A DNA stretch of 50,345 bases, the filler included, from Stramenopiles sp. TOSAG23-3 (lineage: Eukaryota), in the NCBI GenBank assembly GCA_900128585.1. It is 4 parts of 4 records of this genome, joined end to end, with 100 filler letters (N's around TTAATTAATTAA, not from the genome) between each part and the next. Parts side by side here need not be neighbours in the genome. Positions count along the whole stretch, not along the records: positions 23,147 to 46,133 come from LT642319.1; 3 more parts are not named here. One strand, given 5' to 3'. Below are positions 31,720 to 42,380 of this stretch, piece by piece; the stretch's first letter is position 1, and the number at the start of each line of letters is the position of its first letter. The notes beneath the pieces were generated by a model. It had not been told where the DNA came from. It saw nothing but the letters and a program-made list of their open reading frames with translations, and searched no databases. Both the position numbers and the translations under genes were made by a program.

Positions 31720-32564
31720 ATGGACGACTCCAGCGTCAAGCTTCGTGGGTTAGGGTTACCCGTTTTCTCGCCCCGTGAGAGGTTGTGGCGTGAGATTTCC
31801 CCAGCTCAGCCAGAAAAGACGCAGGCCCAAAAAATTGTGTCCTTGAGCGTAACACTTTTCTTGCTTAGTGCCATCATTGCCCTTCCATTTATTGAAAGTT
31901 CTATTTATGAAGCCGGCACGTGGCGTTGGGGCTACACGTTGGCAGTATCGGGCTCCCTGCTCTTGCCCCGCTTTTTTGGTTTGGTTATATTGATCAACGG
32001 TGTACTTTGCGCATTGTTTGTCCAGTTTTACTTGGCGTTTGGAATGGTAATAATTGGCCGGAAGAAATTCGGCTACAAGTTACCCGTGATGGTCCCTTCC
32101 GTTGATATGCACATTGAAGATGTCTTGTCAAAAGGGAAAATCTTGTCTGACGGAGACGAAAAATTGGCCCGAGAGAAATTAGCTGCGGCCAGCGGATTCG
32201 CCTGCCACCAGCGGGTTCATCATCAAGCACTCGAGGGGTTCCAGGTATTCTTAGCCATGTCTCTGATTGGCGGAATTAGATACCCTTTATCGACAAGCTT
32301 TCACGGGCTGTGCTGGCTGTTTGGAAGATACGTAAGTTTACCTCACCAACCCCGCTCTCCGCATTCGCATTTTATAACACAAACTAACGACCAACATTTA
32401 TCATCTCTCGTTCCTCTGGAAAACCTCAGCTTTGGACGAATGGCTATTTGACTGGAACACCAATCAATCGGTACAGCAATCCATTAAGCATTATGGTTTG
32501 GAGCAGTTATTTTGGAGTCATTGCGTGTTCCATTGGAGTCGCTATTGGTTGCCTTTCTAGTTAA
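31720..32564 (+). CDS. MAPEG-family (microsomal GST3-like) protein; exons 31720-32331 and 32430-32564, 248 aa
   Basis: RKKFGYKLP; FACHQRVHHQALEG; WLFGRY. After splicing it continues LWTNGYLTGTPINRY, matching the MGST3-type GYxTGxPxxR motif, plus a final TM helix and TAA at 32562-32564. Confidence 0.88.
32332..32429 (+). other. 98-nt phase-0 spliceosomal intron
   Basis: Donor GTAAGT at 32332, branch ACTAAC at 32383-32388, pyrimidine tract, acceptor CAG at 32427-32429; removal restores the family motif. Confidence 0.92.
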
Positions 32565-32607
32565 ATCTATGTTAATGCGCGTACCTTAAGAGTGTTGTTA
32601 CAATGGG

Positions 32608-32634
32608 AATTTAATTACTTAAATAACAGCCAAT
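32608..32634 (+). repeat. Dispersed element (27-bp copy) in the MAPEG/ankyrin convergent spacer
   Basis: AATTTAATTACTTAAATAACAGCCAAT identical to 27671-27697. Confidence 0.9.
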
Positions 32635-32873
32635 ACGGTGTAGTATCTTTTTACTTCTTAAGAATTAAGATAATAACTTTTATTTTATTTATGGTAATAA
32701 TTTATTTTCAGGAAATTGATTCAAGAACACATTTAAACTACAACCCTCCGATTATTTGATTGCATACGAAATCGAGTTATGATACCATTTTATACAAACG
32801 TAATTTTGGTGTGCGTGCATTTCATCTACGAAGTATGGAGTGTACAACAATACCCGGTGTTACAGCGAAACAA

Positions 32874-33881
32874 CTAACACGTGAATGTGATAGACTTCGT
32901 ACTAAAATTTTGTGCAGCAGGCACCTGGTCGTCTTGGACTTCAATTTTGTTAGAGGGCCCCGCGCCATGAATTACGCCCTCGACCTGATCTGTGCTTGTC
33001 TGCTGTGCCATGGTATGGGGTTCAGCAATTTGCTCTGTGCTTCCAGTGCGCACGGGTGGCAAGCAAAGGCGAACTTTTAGCGGAGAAAGTGCTGCCGTTT
33101 CTGGGGACGTATCACTACATCTCGGTGTCATTATTTTGTACATTTTTGAATTCGAATAATAATTCTTAGTCACGTATTCCAAGATCTTGAAATTATTTTC
33201 GTCCGAACAACGTCGCAAAGCAATATCCCACAAAGTTTGCCCTTTTTTGTTTTTTTGTCTATAGTCCAAATTCTTCTCCAAGACTTCTAAAAATAGCAGT
33301 TGGTCCATGTCGCCGTACTCAATAATTCTAAACAGGGCATCTTTAGAATTCTTAACGGTACCGTTTTGAACCAAATAGCCATAACAATTTGAGCCAGTAA
33401 CCGATTCCAATGATGGGTCCATCTTGTAAGTTTCAATCAGCAAACGTGCTATGCTTAAGTATTCCCCACCAGTCCAGCCCTTTCTGTACGAAAGGTGTTT
33501 CCCTCTCATCGCTGTGTAGTGCAACGCGTTCATTCCATACGCTGACAACAATGTGTGGTCGCACTGATGCGATAAGAGTAACCTGACAGTTTCAATCTCA
33601 CCTTTTTGGCATGCCCAGTGGAGTGGAGTGATGCCAAACTTCGTCGTCGCGTTGATATCTCCTACCGGATATTTCAATATTTTCGACAAAATACCTGAAA
33701 ATCCCCTCAAGGATGCTATATGGATCAGAGAATAACCATACTTATTCTTTATATTGAAGTCCAGCGTCTCTTCCGAAATTTCGGCGCTTGAATTCAACAC
33801 TCCTGCAACGCGCTCCAGGTCGCCGCTCTCCACCGCGGATAGAAGTTGTTTCGAACGAATAATGTAGTCTGCACGTTCCAT
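32874..33881 (-). CDS. Ankyrin-repeat protein
   Basis: GYSLIHIASLRG, GITPLHWACQKGEIETVRLLL, GMNALHYTAMRG, KNKKGQTLWDIA. Confidence 0.92.
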   Translation of the reverse strand: MERADYIIRSKQLLSAVESGDLERVAGVLNSSAEISEETLDFNIKNKYGYSLIHIASLRGFSGILSKILKYPVGDINATTKFGITPLHWACQKGEIETVRLLLSHQCDHTLLSAYGMNALHYTAMRGKHLSYRKGWTGGEYLSIARLLIETYKMDPSLESVTGSNCYGYLVQNGTVKNSKDALFRIIEYGDMDQLLFLEVLEKNLDYRQKNKKGQTLWDIALRRCSDENNFKILEYVTKNYYSNSKMYKIMTPRCSDTSPETAALSPLKVRLCLPPVRTGSTEQIAEPHTMAQQTSTDQVEGVIHGAGPSNKIEVQDDQVPAAQNFSTKSITFTC

Positions 33882-34460
33882 TAATACAAGTTTGACGCAA
33901 ATAATAATGTGTTTATGTATCTATTTCCCAAACAATTTGTTTTGCCGGAATGGAAACCAGTAGTTTCTTGAATTTGATTGATGGAGGGCTGTCGCAATGT
34001 AGTTAATTCATCTAGCATCAAGATTTATTATGACATTTACAATCTACGAATCATCATCATGGTGATCGTTCTTCTTCTTCCTCTTCTTCTTCTTACTTCT
34101 TCTCTTCTTACTTCTTCTTTTTCACTGTTTTTTGTTGGTGGTGGTGGTGGTGTATTATTATTATTCTATATAAATTAAGGAAATAATTCCATATTAAAAA
34201 TTACATTGGTTTCAACTTTAAATTAATTTTATTTACTTTTTATTATATTGTAATAAAAGGTACTTAAATCGATACAGTATTTATTTTACGAAGGGACGAC
34301 TATAATCTTAATATATCCTTAATAATATAATGCGCTAAAATTGCCGCCACTCTCTCCTCTGGAGATGACTCTTCTTCTTCTTTAACTATATATAAAGGAG
34401 AAATGAAATTGATGAGTTAAGAGGGTTTTAGATATTGGCAGCTTCACGATCTCATTTCCC

Positions 34461-37419
34461 TCACAGTACATTCGCCCCAAAGGAGATCACAGGCCGAAGG
34501 TCATGGTTCCCACAATCGCTTACTGCACCCTTGTAAATATCATATGGTCGAACAAACGAACTCCTCAAGTTGTTGACAAAGACGTCAATATCAATATATA
34601 CCTCAACATGCCTTTTCCTCTTGAATTTCTCTGCAGCCACGTTGACCCAGTCTGCAATCCCTAGTTCACAATATTTGTATATTAATCTAGTGCTCAACTC
34701 GGGCTCTACCTCTTTCAGCACGTTTCGTATCGTGTACGTGGAAACGACACTTCGACACGTGTAATCTTTCCCCTCCAAGGCCGCCTTTATTCCATCAACG
34801 AATTCGTTTACTTCTACCTTGTATTGATGCATGAGAAGGTCCAGGAACGATGTCTTCCTTTGCCAGTATTCATGTTTCTTTAAAAGAGACAGTGGGTCTG
34901 CGACAGCCTCGTCCGGGTTCATTTCTGTCTGGGATTCATCATGGCCTTCTACTGTCTTATCGTTGTCTTTGTGATGATTCCCATGGGTGTCTTCGTGCTG
35001 CTTATGCGAATCTGGTGCCGAAAATCGTTGAAACACCCCCCTTTTTACAAACCGGGCCGGGCCTTGTTTCTTGCCACCGTTACTAGCGCCATCCTTTTTT
35101 CTCTCTTTAGGAACATCTTCGTTTTCTGTTTCCGTTTTACCAATTGCATGAAGTGCGCAAACCGGGATTCCATAATAATGAGCAAACATGTGCCTGTAGT
35201 ACAAGCATTCAGGTTCGTGGTAAGCATTTTCATTTGCAAATGCTTCGCACTCGTCACAATGGCTTTCTAAAGACTGCGCCATCAACAATTTGTGCATTTT
35301 TTTATTTTCTTTTTCCAAGGTTTTCAAAAGTGCAGAAATGTCTTCGCCACTTTTTCTGGGGAAAAACTCTGCCAATACTTTCCCAATTGAACCAAGCGGG
35401 AGGGTACCGTTATGATTTTCGTCACTTCCATCAATTCGTCTGCCCTCACGCTCAAACTCTAACAACAGCGCCCCAAACATACTTTCAAGATCATGCAGGT
35501 AGTGCTCGTCCCAGGCCTGAGAAAAAACATCGTAAAACATATCACACAGCCCGTCGTGTGCACGGTACCGGCGCACACTGTTAATGAAATTATAAGTGAA
35601 CTCTCGGAATCCACCTTGTTTCGAATCGCCGTACTCTAAACGACCGTAGTCGTAAATAAAATTCGAAAGACTTATATGACCGAAAGTGTGATCAAAGGTC
35701 GCCTTTGCCTTTAGGATAGTTCGGATCTCATTGCGCACGAAGGTGAGGCTCATCTTATGACGGGGAAATTCCAGCTTGGCGCCGCACCGTAAGGGTAGCG
35801 GAACGTCCGGCCGATTACCGCAAGCCTTCAACATATCATCGTTTTCGACATGCTCGTTGTCGTCTAGGATTACCTCCGTTTTCTGCTTGTCTTCGGGTAA
35901 AACAGTAACCCACCTGCGTAGTTTGGACTCTATCTCTTCCAGACTTTCCCACAATCTATGCGTTTCAACGGAAGATTCAGTCTTTGCGCTGGGGCCTCGG
36001 GGTGTTCGATCTCAAAAACTCCTCTTTCGCCTTTTTCATTTTCCTTAAATTTCTTCGCAGCGATATGACTTTTTGCGATTTCTCGTACACAATTTTGCTA
36101 AACTTTAAAGCGCTTTTTCGCTCTTCATGGTATTCTCTCTCCAAATCCAGGGTTTTAATCTTTAGCTTTGCCGCAGCATTCTTCCGATCATTAAGGACCT
36201 TCTTTGGCACCGAATTGTTGATGGTGTCGTCTTCTTGTTTAGCGTAAGCTTTTATGATCTTCCGCATAGCCCTCGAGTCTGATTCCGTTGTTTGATGTTC
36301 ATGTATAATCTTCAACGCCTCTTTCTTTACGCCCGTAATCATAAATTTAGCGTTCTCCGCATCTTCCTCCACGCTGCCCATCTTTATTTCTGATTCCAAC
36401 ATGATGATGTCTTCTCTTATTAGCAATTGGTCGAACTTGGATTCTTTGATCTGCACTTTTAACATTTCTTTCATCTCTCGTTGCTCGGAAGCTTTATCAA
36501 ACATGGCATTTAAAAATTGCACAATTTTACCGACCTCTGCACGACGGCTCTCAATCTCGTCGTGCAGCGATTCAATGCCGTATTCGATTCTGCGGACATA
36601 GTCTCGATAAAATTCTACATCATCAATCAAAGAATTTTCGTATGCCGGAGTTTTTATGGAAGCCTCTTCTAGAACAGGAATCAGTTTTCGCAAAAGATTT
36701 TGCAACTCTCCATTTGTAATGCTGTTTGCCTCACTCAATTCTGCAAGTATTCCAAGTGCAGTAGATGGGTCACTTGTTCTCAAAGGCGCCGACGCCAACG
36801 ATTTTACCCTCTGCTCGAGATCAATAAGGACGGAACGGAAACCATTAGCATTCTTCTCCAGCATTTTTGGCATGGTCACCACTTTTGAGTCGGTGGCTTT
36901 TTTTTGCGGGTCAGGCTGAGGCGGTTTCTGTTCATACCTCTGGAAGTGGTTTCCTTGGCTTTCTTCCACGGCCATTCGCACGGAGTTCGGCATTCCATTG
37001 ACGGGGCGCTCGACACTTAGTCTCCTTTGAATTTTATGGCGAGCATTCCTTTGCTTATTTTCATCAACAGTTTCCTTTTCACCGATGACCACAGTGGCTA
37101 ACGACTTGATCCGCGGCTGTTTCCAATTTAACGGCTTTGTGCGCACTGAATGATTGCCGTGTCGAAGATTACGCGTGAACGCACTTCGCTTCTTCAAGCC
37201 AAACTCCTCATGTACCATATTCTTCCATTTCCGGTCTTCGTCCGTATCATTAACAAAATTATCCCCGAAACTAGGAGGCACTTCGCCCTGGAAGAATACT
37301 TGCTTTGGCCACTTCATTTCTGCCGTCGTGTTTTTCAGATTGAGACCATGCGGGGCCGACCATATCATTGAATGGGTAGGCGAATAGTCGCCGTCATCAC
37401 TTCGTATGGACGGGTCCAT
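34461..37419 (-). CDS. TSNAXIP1-like coiled-coil protein split into two ORFs (37419-35977 and 36011-34461) by an apparent +1 frameshift
   Basis: ORF1 is coiled coil ending in TPRP. ORF2 lacks an early ATG and carries PDVPLPLR...IRTILKAK...FTYNFINSVRRY...CDMFYDVF and an EF-like LAEFFPRKS, in the order I recall for TSNAXIP1/DISC1-interactor homologues. No spacer lies between the ORFs. Confidence 0.65.
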
Positions 37420-38246
37420 GCACAAAAGCTTTGACCGTTGGCCCAGAAGACTGTTTGGCGGGTTTCAAAAGCGCACCAACCGGCAGAAAAACAACACAAT
37501 GTACGTATTCTACTAAATCTTCCAGTTGCCCAAGGTTCATAAGACAGAATTTATGTTTACAAAAGCTGTACGTAAATTAAGAAAAAACGACTATTTATCG
37601 TCTACATCGGTCGGTTTGGCGTTTGGATGATACTTACATAACTAACGGTATAACGATGTCTCTTCTTTTTTTTCTCTTCTCTTCTCTTTGCTATTTTGAT
37701 GTTAATAATTTTGACCAGATGGACGGACCGATATTTTCAAAATGTTATTAAAATAAAAAGTATATAACTGCTGCTGATGTGATCACTAGTCTAAAATCTC
37801 TTATAAAATTTACATTTATTATTGACCTATTATTATCTCTATTAAAAAATTCGAACAACCCCATTATTATTACACTGTAATTCATATGAATAGTAATTAT
37901 TCTCCTTCATTCACGATTCAATCCAAAAAGGTAAAAAAAAAAAGTAAATAAAATGAAATTCAGTTAATCTAAATTAAGTACGGTACACGAACCAGAAGAA
38001 GAAGAAGAAAAAAGAAGAAATAATAATAGAAGAAGGAAAAAAAAAAGAAGAACTATACAACAGATAAACTCACGGTTTCTAAGTTGCTACACACTCTCTC
38101 TTCTAGCTCGATGATCTTTACCTTGTTCACGAGAAAAACACCCAAAAGTGGAAGTTTACACGCGGAAATAATTCATTTACCCAGACGAGGGAAGCAAGCA
38201 ACACACTTTATAAATTTTATTTGAGAAAACGAATGAATAAATAATA

Positions 38247-38543
38247 ATGACTTCTTTAGTCTTGGATACCAACAAACGAAAATCAACCACACCTTACGAA
38301 GTTTACAAAAAGTACAACTGGGAAGAACTTCAACCCCATGGGTCACCCCGCACTCCCCTAACTAGTGCAAAACTAGCTAGCACATTTAGAAACCCAATAC
38401 CGTCTAACAAGACAATTGAGAGTTTGTGTCACACGCCGTCAACGCTCAGTACAGCATATCTCCAAGAAGTTAAGACTACGGGTGATTTTCAGTGTCATAA
38501 CTGTTACAACTATAAAAGATTACATAGATTGCATGATATATAA
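38247..38543 (+). CDS. Small hypothetical protein (98 aa)
   Basis: ATG in A-rich context, non-low-complexity sequence, convergent with the rhomboid gene across a short spacer; C-terminal CxxC. No homology recognised. Confidence 0.4.
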   Translation: MTSLVLDTNKRKSTTPYEVYKKYNWEELQPHGSPRTPLTSAKLASTFRNPIPSNKTIESLCHTPSTLSTAYLQEVKTTGDFQCHNCYNYKRLHRLHDI

Positions 38544-38698
38544 TATTTATTGGGAAAATTAAAGGGTTGCGCGATAATATAAAAACGAACCCCATTCGAC
38601 TCCTCAATTCACAAATGACAATTCCTTGATTGGTTTACAAGCCAGACAATGAGGGCCTGGAAAGGGACATAGCAAAACAAAACAAATATTAAGAATTC

Positions 38699-39586
38699 TT
38701 AATCTTTGATATAATAAATAATAAAAACTGTTATGATATTTAGATAACTTGAGAGAAGCAACACTCCACCAATATGGCAGGCGAAGTCTACGCCAGTACC
38801 TCCAACCCTCCCCCCCCCCCTTGCAAATTCCAAAAAGAAAGAAAAAACGAGAAGCTGCCGTGCTGTCATCTTAATGCCCCAAACATTAAACGCTGTTTCT
38901 GGCTTGTGCAACGCGATGAAGGTTTGCAAGCCACAGACTATCGCCGACGCGCCCAATAGTTCATGCCGTATTCGTAAAATGACATTGAAATAAAAAATAG
39001 AAAGCAGCGAGCCGCACAGGGCACTTCCAATCATCAGGTCTACGGCAGACTTTCGCAACGCCCTCGATTGGAACATAAACGGAATCATAGACTGAAAGGC
39101 AAGCATGTTCCCCATAAAATGCGATATATGAGCGTGCGAAATGTTAGACAGCAACATCGTGTAGATTCGGCCAGACTTTAAATTCTCAAGACTGCACAAA
39201 AAATGCCTTCTCATGAATTTTCCATTTACCGACACCCAGCCGACGTAAACGATTAAGTTTATGAAAAAAAACCAGGTTTCAACGTCTTCTTGTTTCAATT
39301 TTTTCCACTTTTTCCGAAGGTTTAGATTTTTCGGAAACCGGGCCCAGCTCACACCTAACCCAATGTAATGGTGCTTGTCAAAATAAGCATACGACAGCGG
39401 GCCAACACTTTTGAAATTGACGGGCCAGTAGCTTTCTTTCATAGACTGCAACGAGAGGGACGATTTGTCGCTTTTGGACTCCCGCTTAAGATATGACCTG
39501 AACCTGTCCTCTGAAGGAAACGGGAGCGTCCCCGCAAACGCAAGCGCCACTACCAAAACAGTAATTGTGTTGGACCAAAGCCCCAT
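38699..39586 (-). CDS. Rhomboid-family intramembrane serine protease (PARL/Pcp1-like core) with N-terminal extension
   Basis: GRIYTMLLSNISHAHISHFMGNM; catalytic GASA; VDFACHIGG. ATG at 39586. The 3' end is AT-rich and could be altered by splicing. Confidence 0.85.
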   Translation of the reverse strand: MGLWSNTITVLVVALAFAGTLPFPSEDRFRSYLKRESKSDKSSLSLQSMKESYWPVNFKSVGPLSYAYFDKHHYIGLGVSWARFPKNLNLRKKWKKLKQEDVETWFFFINLIVYVGWVSVNGKFMRRHFLCSLENLKSGRIYTMLLSNISHAHISHFMGNMLAFQSMIPFMFQSRALRKSAVDLMIGSALCGSLLSIFYFNVILRIRHELLGASAIVCGLQTFIALHKPETAFNVWGIKMTARQLLVFSFFLEFARGGGRVGGTGVDFACHIGGVLLLSSYLNIITVFIIYYIKD

Positions 39587-40277
39587 CACACCGTGAAATT
39601 AAAATATGTAATCTGCACCTATTTAAAAGAACAAAGGGGTGCACGTCTTGCCTTCTTTGAAACAAACGTGAAGCTTCTTCGTTCATGTCTACATCAACTT
39701 TTTCTCAAATTATACATTTCTGTTTTTTAAATGAAACTTGTTCATTTAATTGACTTCGCTAAATTAAATATTAAAACAAGTAGACGACGACCAACTCCCC
39801 TCCCCTGTCTCTGTCGAAGAAGAAGAAGATAGAAGACACACCAAAAAAAAAACAGAAAGGTGGGGGGTGGTCGGACTGAAGAGGCTAACAATTCGAGTAT
39901 ATTTTTTGGGGAATTCCCCCGCCGGTTTTATACTGAGATGCATAAGATAATAACAACAGGAAAACTACGTAGTAAAAGTACAAAATATAATAATTAATTT
40001 TAGATTTATTGTATTATTATTATTATTATTATTATTAGTAAAAATAAGGTGACGACTAATAAAACAAATTGCATTTTGTGTTTGTTTCATGATAACCTTT
40101 ATAATGACCCAATTTTACATGCGATAAAGCAAACGGGATCAACCACAAGGGGGGGGGGGAGAGAGGGAAGAAAATCAGATAGGTATTGAGTCAAAAATAC
40201 CATAATATTGCCATTTTTATTTATATGCTCAGACGCAAATCGTAAAGAACAACTGACGCAACGGTGTAAAGCACAGA

Positions 40278-42380
40278 ATGAGCACGCGGCTGCAGAGTCG
40301 TCGAAATCCTGTCGCCTCAGTTAAGGCGGCGGTAGAAGGACAAGACGGATTTCACCATGTTCAAGACATCGCCTGGTATAGCACTCATAAGATAAGCGGG
40401 CGGCAGCTCACTCCAAGGGAAATTGACGGGCTTAATGCAAATGGAAATATGTGTCTGCCTGGGGTCACGTGGCAAAGCGTACGGACGACTGCAAACGTGG
40501 CCTTGAATTTCATCCATATTCGAAAGTGTACCTTTGGAAAAAATTGCACGATCGGTAACTTTGCAGCGGAGAGTCATTGCGATCTTGACGGCCAAGAAGT
40601 GCCGTGTGGGCTGTACAACAGCACCATTATAAACAGCACATTGATGGACAACTGTCTCGTGCGTGACACAACGCTAGTAGCGGGCTGTATCGTTGGCCAC
40701 GGGGCCGTCATTGTTGGCTGTGGCAATATCGTGTACCGGCCATCGCCAGAGGAAGCGCGAGCTGGTGGGATAACGTGCGGAAATGGGTCCTTCTTACCCC
40801 TTGCCGTTGAAACCGGGGGGCGGGATACTCCAATTTTTGCAGAACAAGCATTGGAAGATGCCGCAGTAATTGCCGGCGATCGTTCCAATACGGAACAGAT
40901 TGCTCTATACGAAAAGGCAGTGAAGGAGTACGTTGAAAAGGTAAAGTGTGCCGCGACAATCATTGTCGACGATGCAGTAGTGTTGAACTGCCCCCGTATT
41001 GAAAACAGTTTTGTTGGGTACTCAGCGTCCGTCATATCTTGCACAATAAAAAATTCCACGATATTGTCGGCGAAAGGCAAAGGGGAGGGCGAGCGGCACA
41101 AAGACCGCACACACATCGGTGGGGGAGCGTACGTTGAGAACTCAATCGTTCAATGGGGCTGCCACATTGACTCCATGGCGATTGTGACCGGCTCCTTAAT
41201 GTGCACCCACAGCCATGCCGACCGCCACGGGAAAGTGATTGATTCCGTCATAGGGCCTTGCACGGGGGTTTCGGAAGGGGAGGTGACATCATCGCTGGTA
41301 GGCCCGTTCGTAGGATTTCACCACCAGGCCTTGCTCATAGCATCATTCTGGCCAGCGGGACGCGGCAACATAGGGTACGGGGCCAATGTTGGTAGTAACC
41401 ACACGGGGAAAGTGTCCGACCAAGAGCTTTGGCCCGGCGAAGGAACGTTTTTTGGCCTTGCAACTGCCATAAAATTTCCAAGCAACTTTTCCCACGCACC
41501 ATATTGCCTAATAGCAACAGGCGTAACATCTTTGCCCCAAAGACTCGACATGCCATTCTCATTAATAAATGCACCGGGCGAAATGATTGCCGGGGTATCC
41601 CCGGCATTCAATGAAATCTCACCTGGGTGGACTCTGGGATCGAACTTGTTCATGATATTGCGCAACGAATCGAAGTTTAAGAAGCGTGGCCAGGCGGTGG
41701 CGCATAGGGTGCAGTACGAGAGCGAAATCTTGCGCCCGGACACTATAGAGTTATTGCGAAAAGCTAGAACTGGGCTTTTCGGAGCAGGGGGAAAGGCCCG
41801 CATTTTTGACAGCGAAGGATCTCCTGTGTACACGGACAAAGAGGCGCCAGGAATCGGCAAGAATTATATGAAGGAGAAAGCCAGGGAAAGTGGAATTTCG
41901 ACCTACTCACGGTTTATACGATTCTATGCCGTGCGAGCTCTTTTCCGGGCATGGCAAGAAGACAAAGATGGAGACTGCGCACCCCATTTATTGCTTACGG
42001 ACCATTCACCAAGTGGAAAGTGCAACGAAGAAATTGATGGTGTCACTGTGCTGACAGACACGATCAGCAGACGCAGCGGCGGACAACCCCAGTTTAAATA
42101 CACATGTCAGTGGTATTTTTACGCACGCGATATATTTTTGGCGGAGTTCGGCGATAAATTTACGGTCAAAGACGCGCTTAGAACCTACGACCAGATGAAC
42201 ACTGAAATAGGCATAGCTGTATTGCAATCGAAGCAGAAAGACGACAAGCGGGGTCCTAGGATTATTGACGGGTATAGCCATGCCCATGCACCCGCTGAGG
42301 ACGAGAAGGTTATCAAGACCCTTCTCGAAGAAAACCGGATGATTCATGGAGTTATTATGGGCTTCTTGTCCAGTTTGTGA
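40278..42380 (+). CDS. DUF4954-like protein with left-handed beta-helix/hexapeptide repeats
   Basis: RQLTPREIDGL; LYNSTIINSTL; EVTSSLVGPFVGFHHQALLIA; NIGYGANVGSNH; GEGTFFGL; SKQKDDKRGPRIIDGY; many Ile/Val-Gly hexapeptide-like strands. Confidence 0.75.
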   Translation: MSTRLQSRRNPVASVKAAVEGQDGFHHVQDIAWYSTHKISGRQLTPREIDGLNANGNMCLPGVTWQSVRTTANVALNFIHIRKCTFGKNCTIGNFAAESHCDLDGQEVPCGLYNSTIINSTLMDNCLVRDTTLVAGCIVGHGAVIVGCGNIVYRPSPEEARAGGITCGNGSFLPLAVETGGRDTPIFAEQALEDAAVIAGDRSNTEQIALYEKAVKEYVEKVKCAATIIVDDAVVLNCPRIENSFVGYSASVISCTIKNSTILSAKGKGEGERHKDRTHIGGGAYVENSIVQWGCHIDSMAIVTGSLMCTHSHADRHGKVIDSVIGPCTGVSEGEVTSSLVGPFVGFHHQALLIASFWPAGRGNIGYGANVGSNHTGKVSDQELWPGEGTFFGLATAIKFPSNFSHAPYCLIATGVTSLPQRLDMPFSLINAPGEMIAGVSPAFNEISPGWTLGSNLFMILRNESKFKKRGQAVAHRVQYESEILRPDTIELLRKARTGLFGAGGKARIFDSEGSPVYTDKEAPGIGKNYMKEKARESGISTYSRFIRFYAVRALFRAWQEDKDGDCAPHLLLTDHSPSGKCNEEIDGVTVLTDTISRRSGGQPQFKYTCQWYFYARDIFLAEFGDKFTVKDALRTYDQMNTEIGIAVLQSKQKDDKRGPRIIDGYSHAHAPAEDEKVIKTLLEENRMIHGVIMGFLSSL

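Noticed and set aside
35977-35979. TGA as selenocysteine or readthrough in the TSNAXIP1-like gene
   Set aside because: The same frame hits further stops within a few codons (TGA, TAG); the continuation is in the +1 frame.
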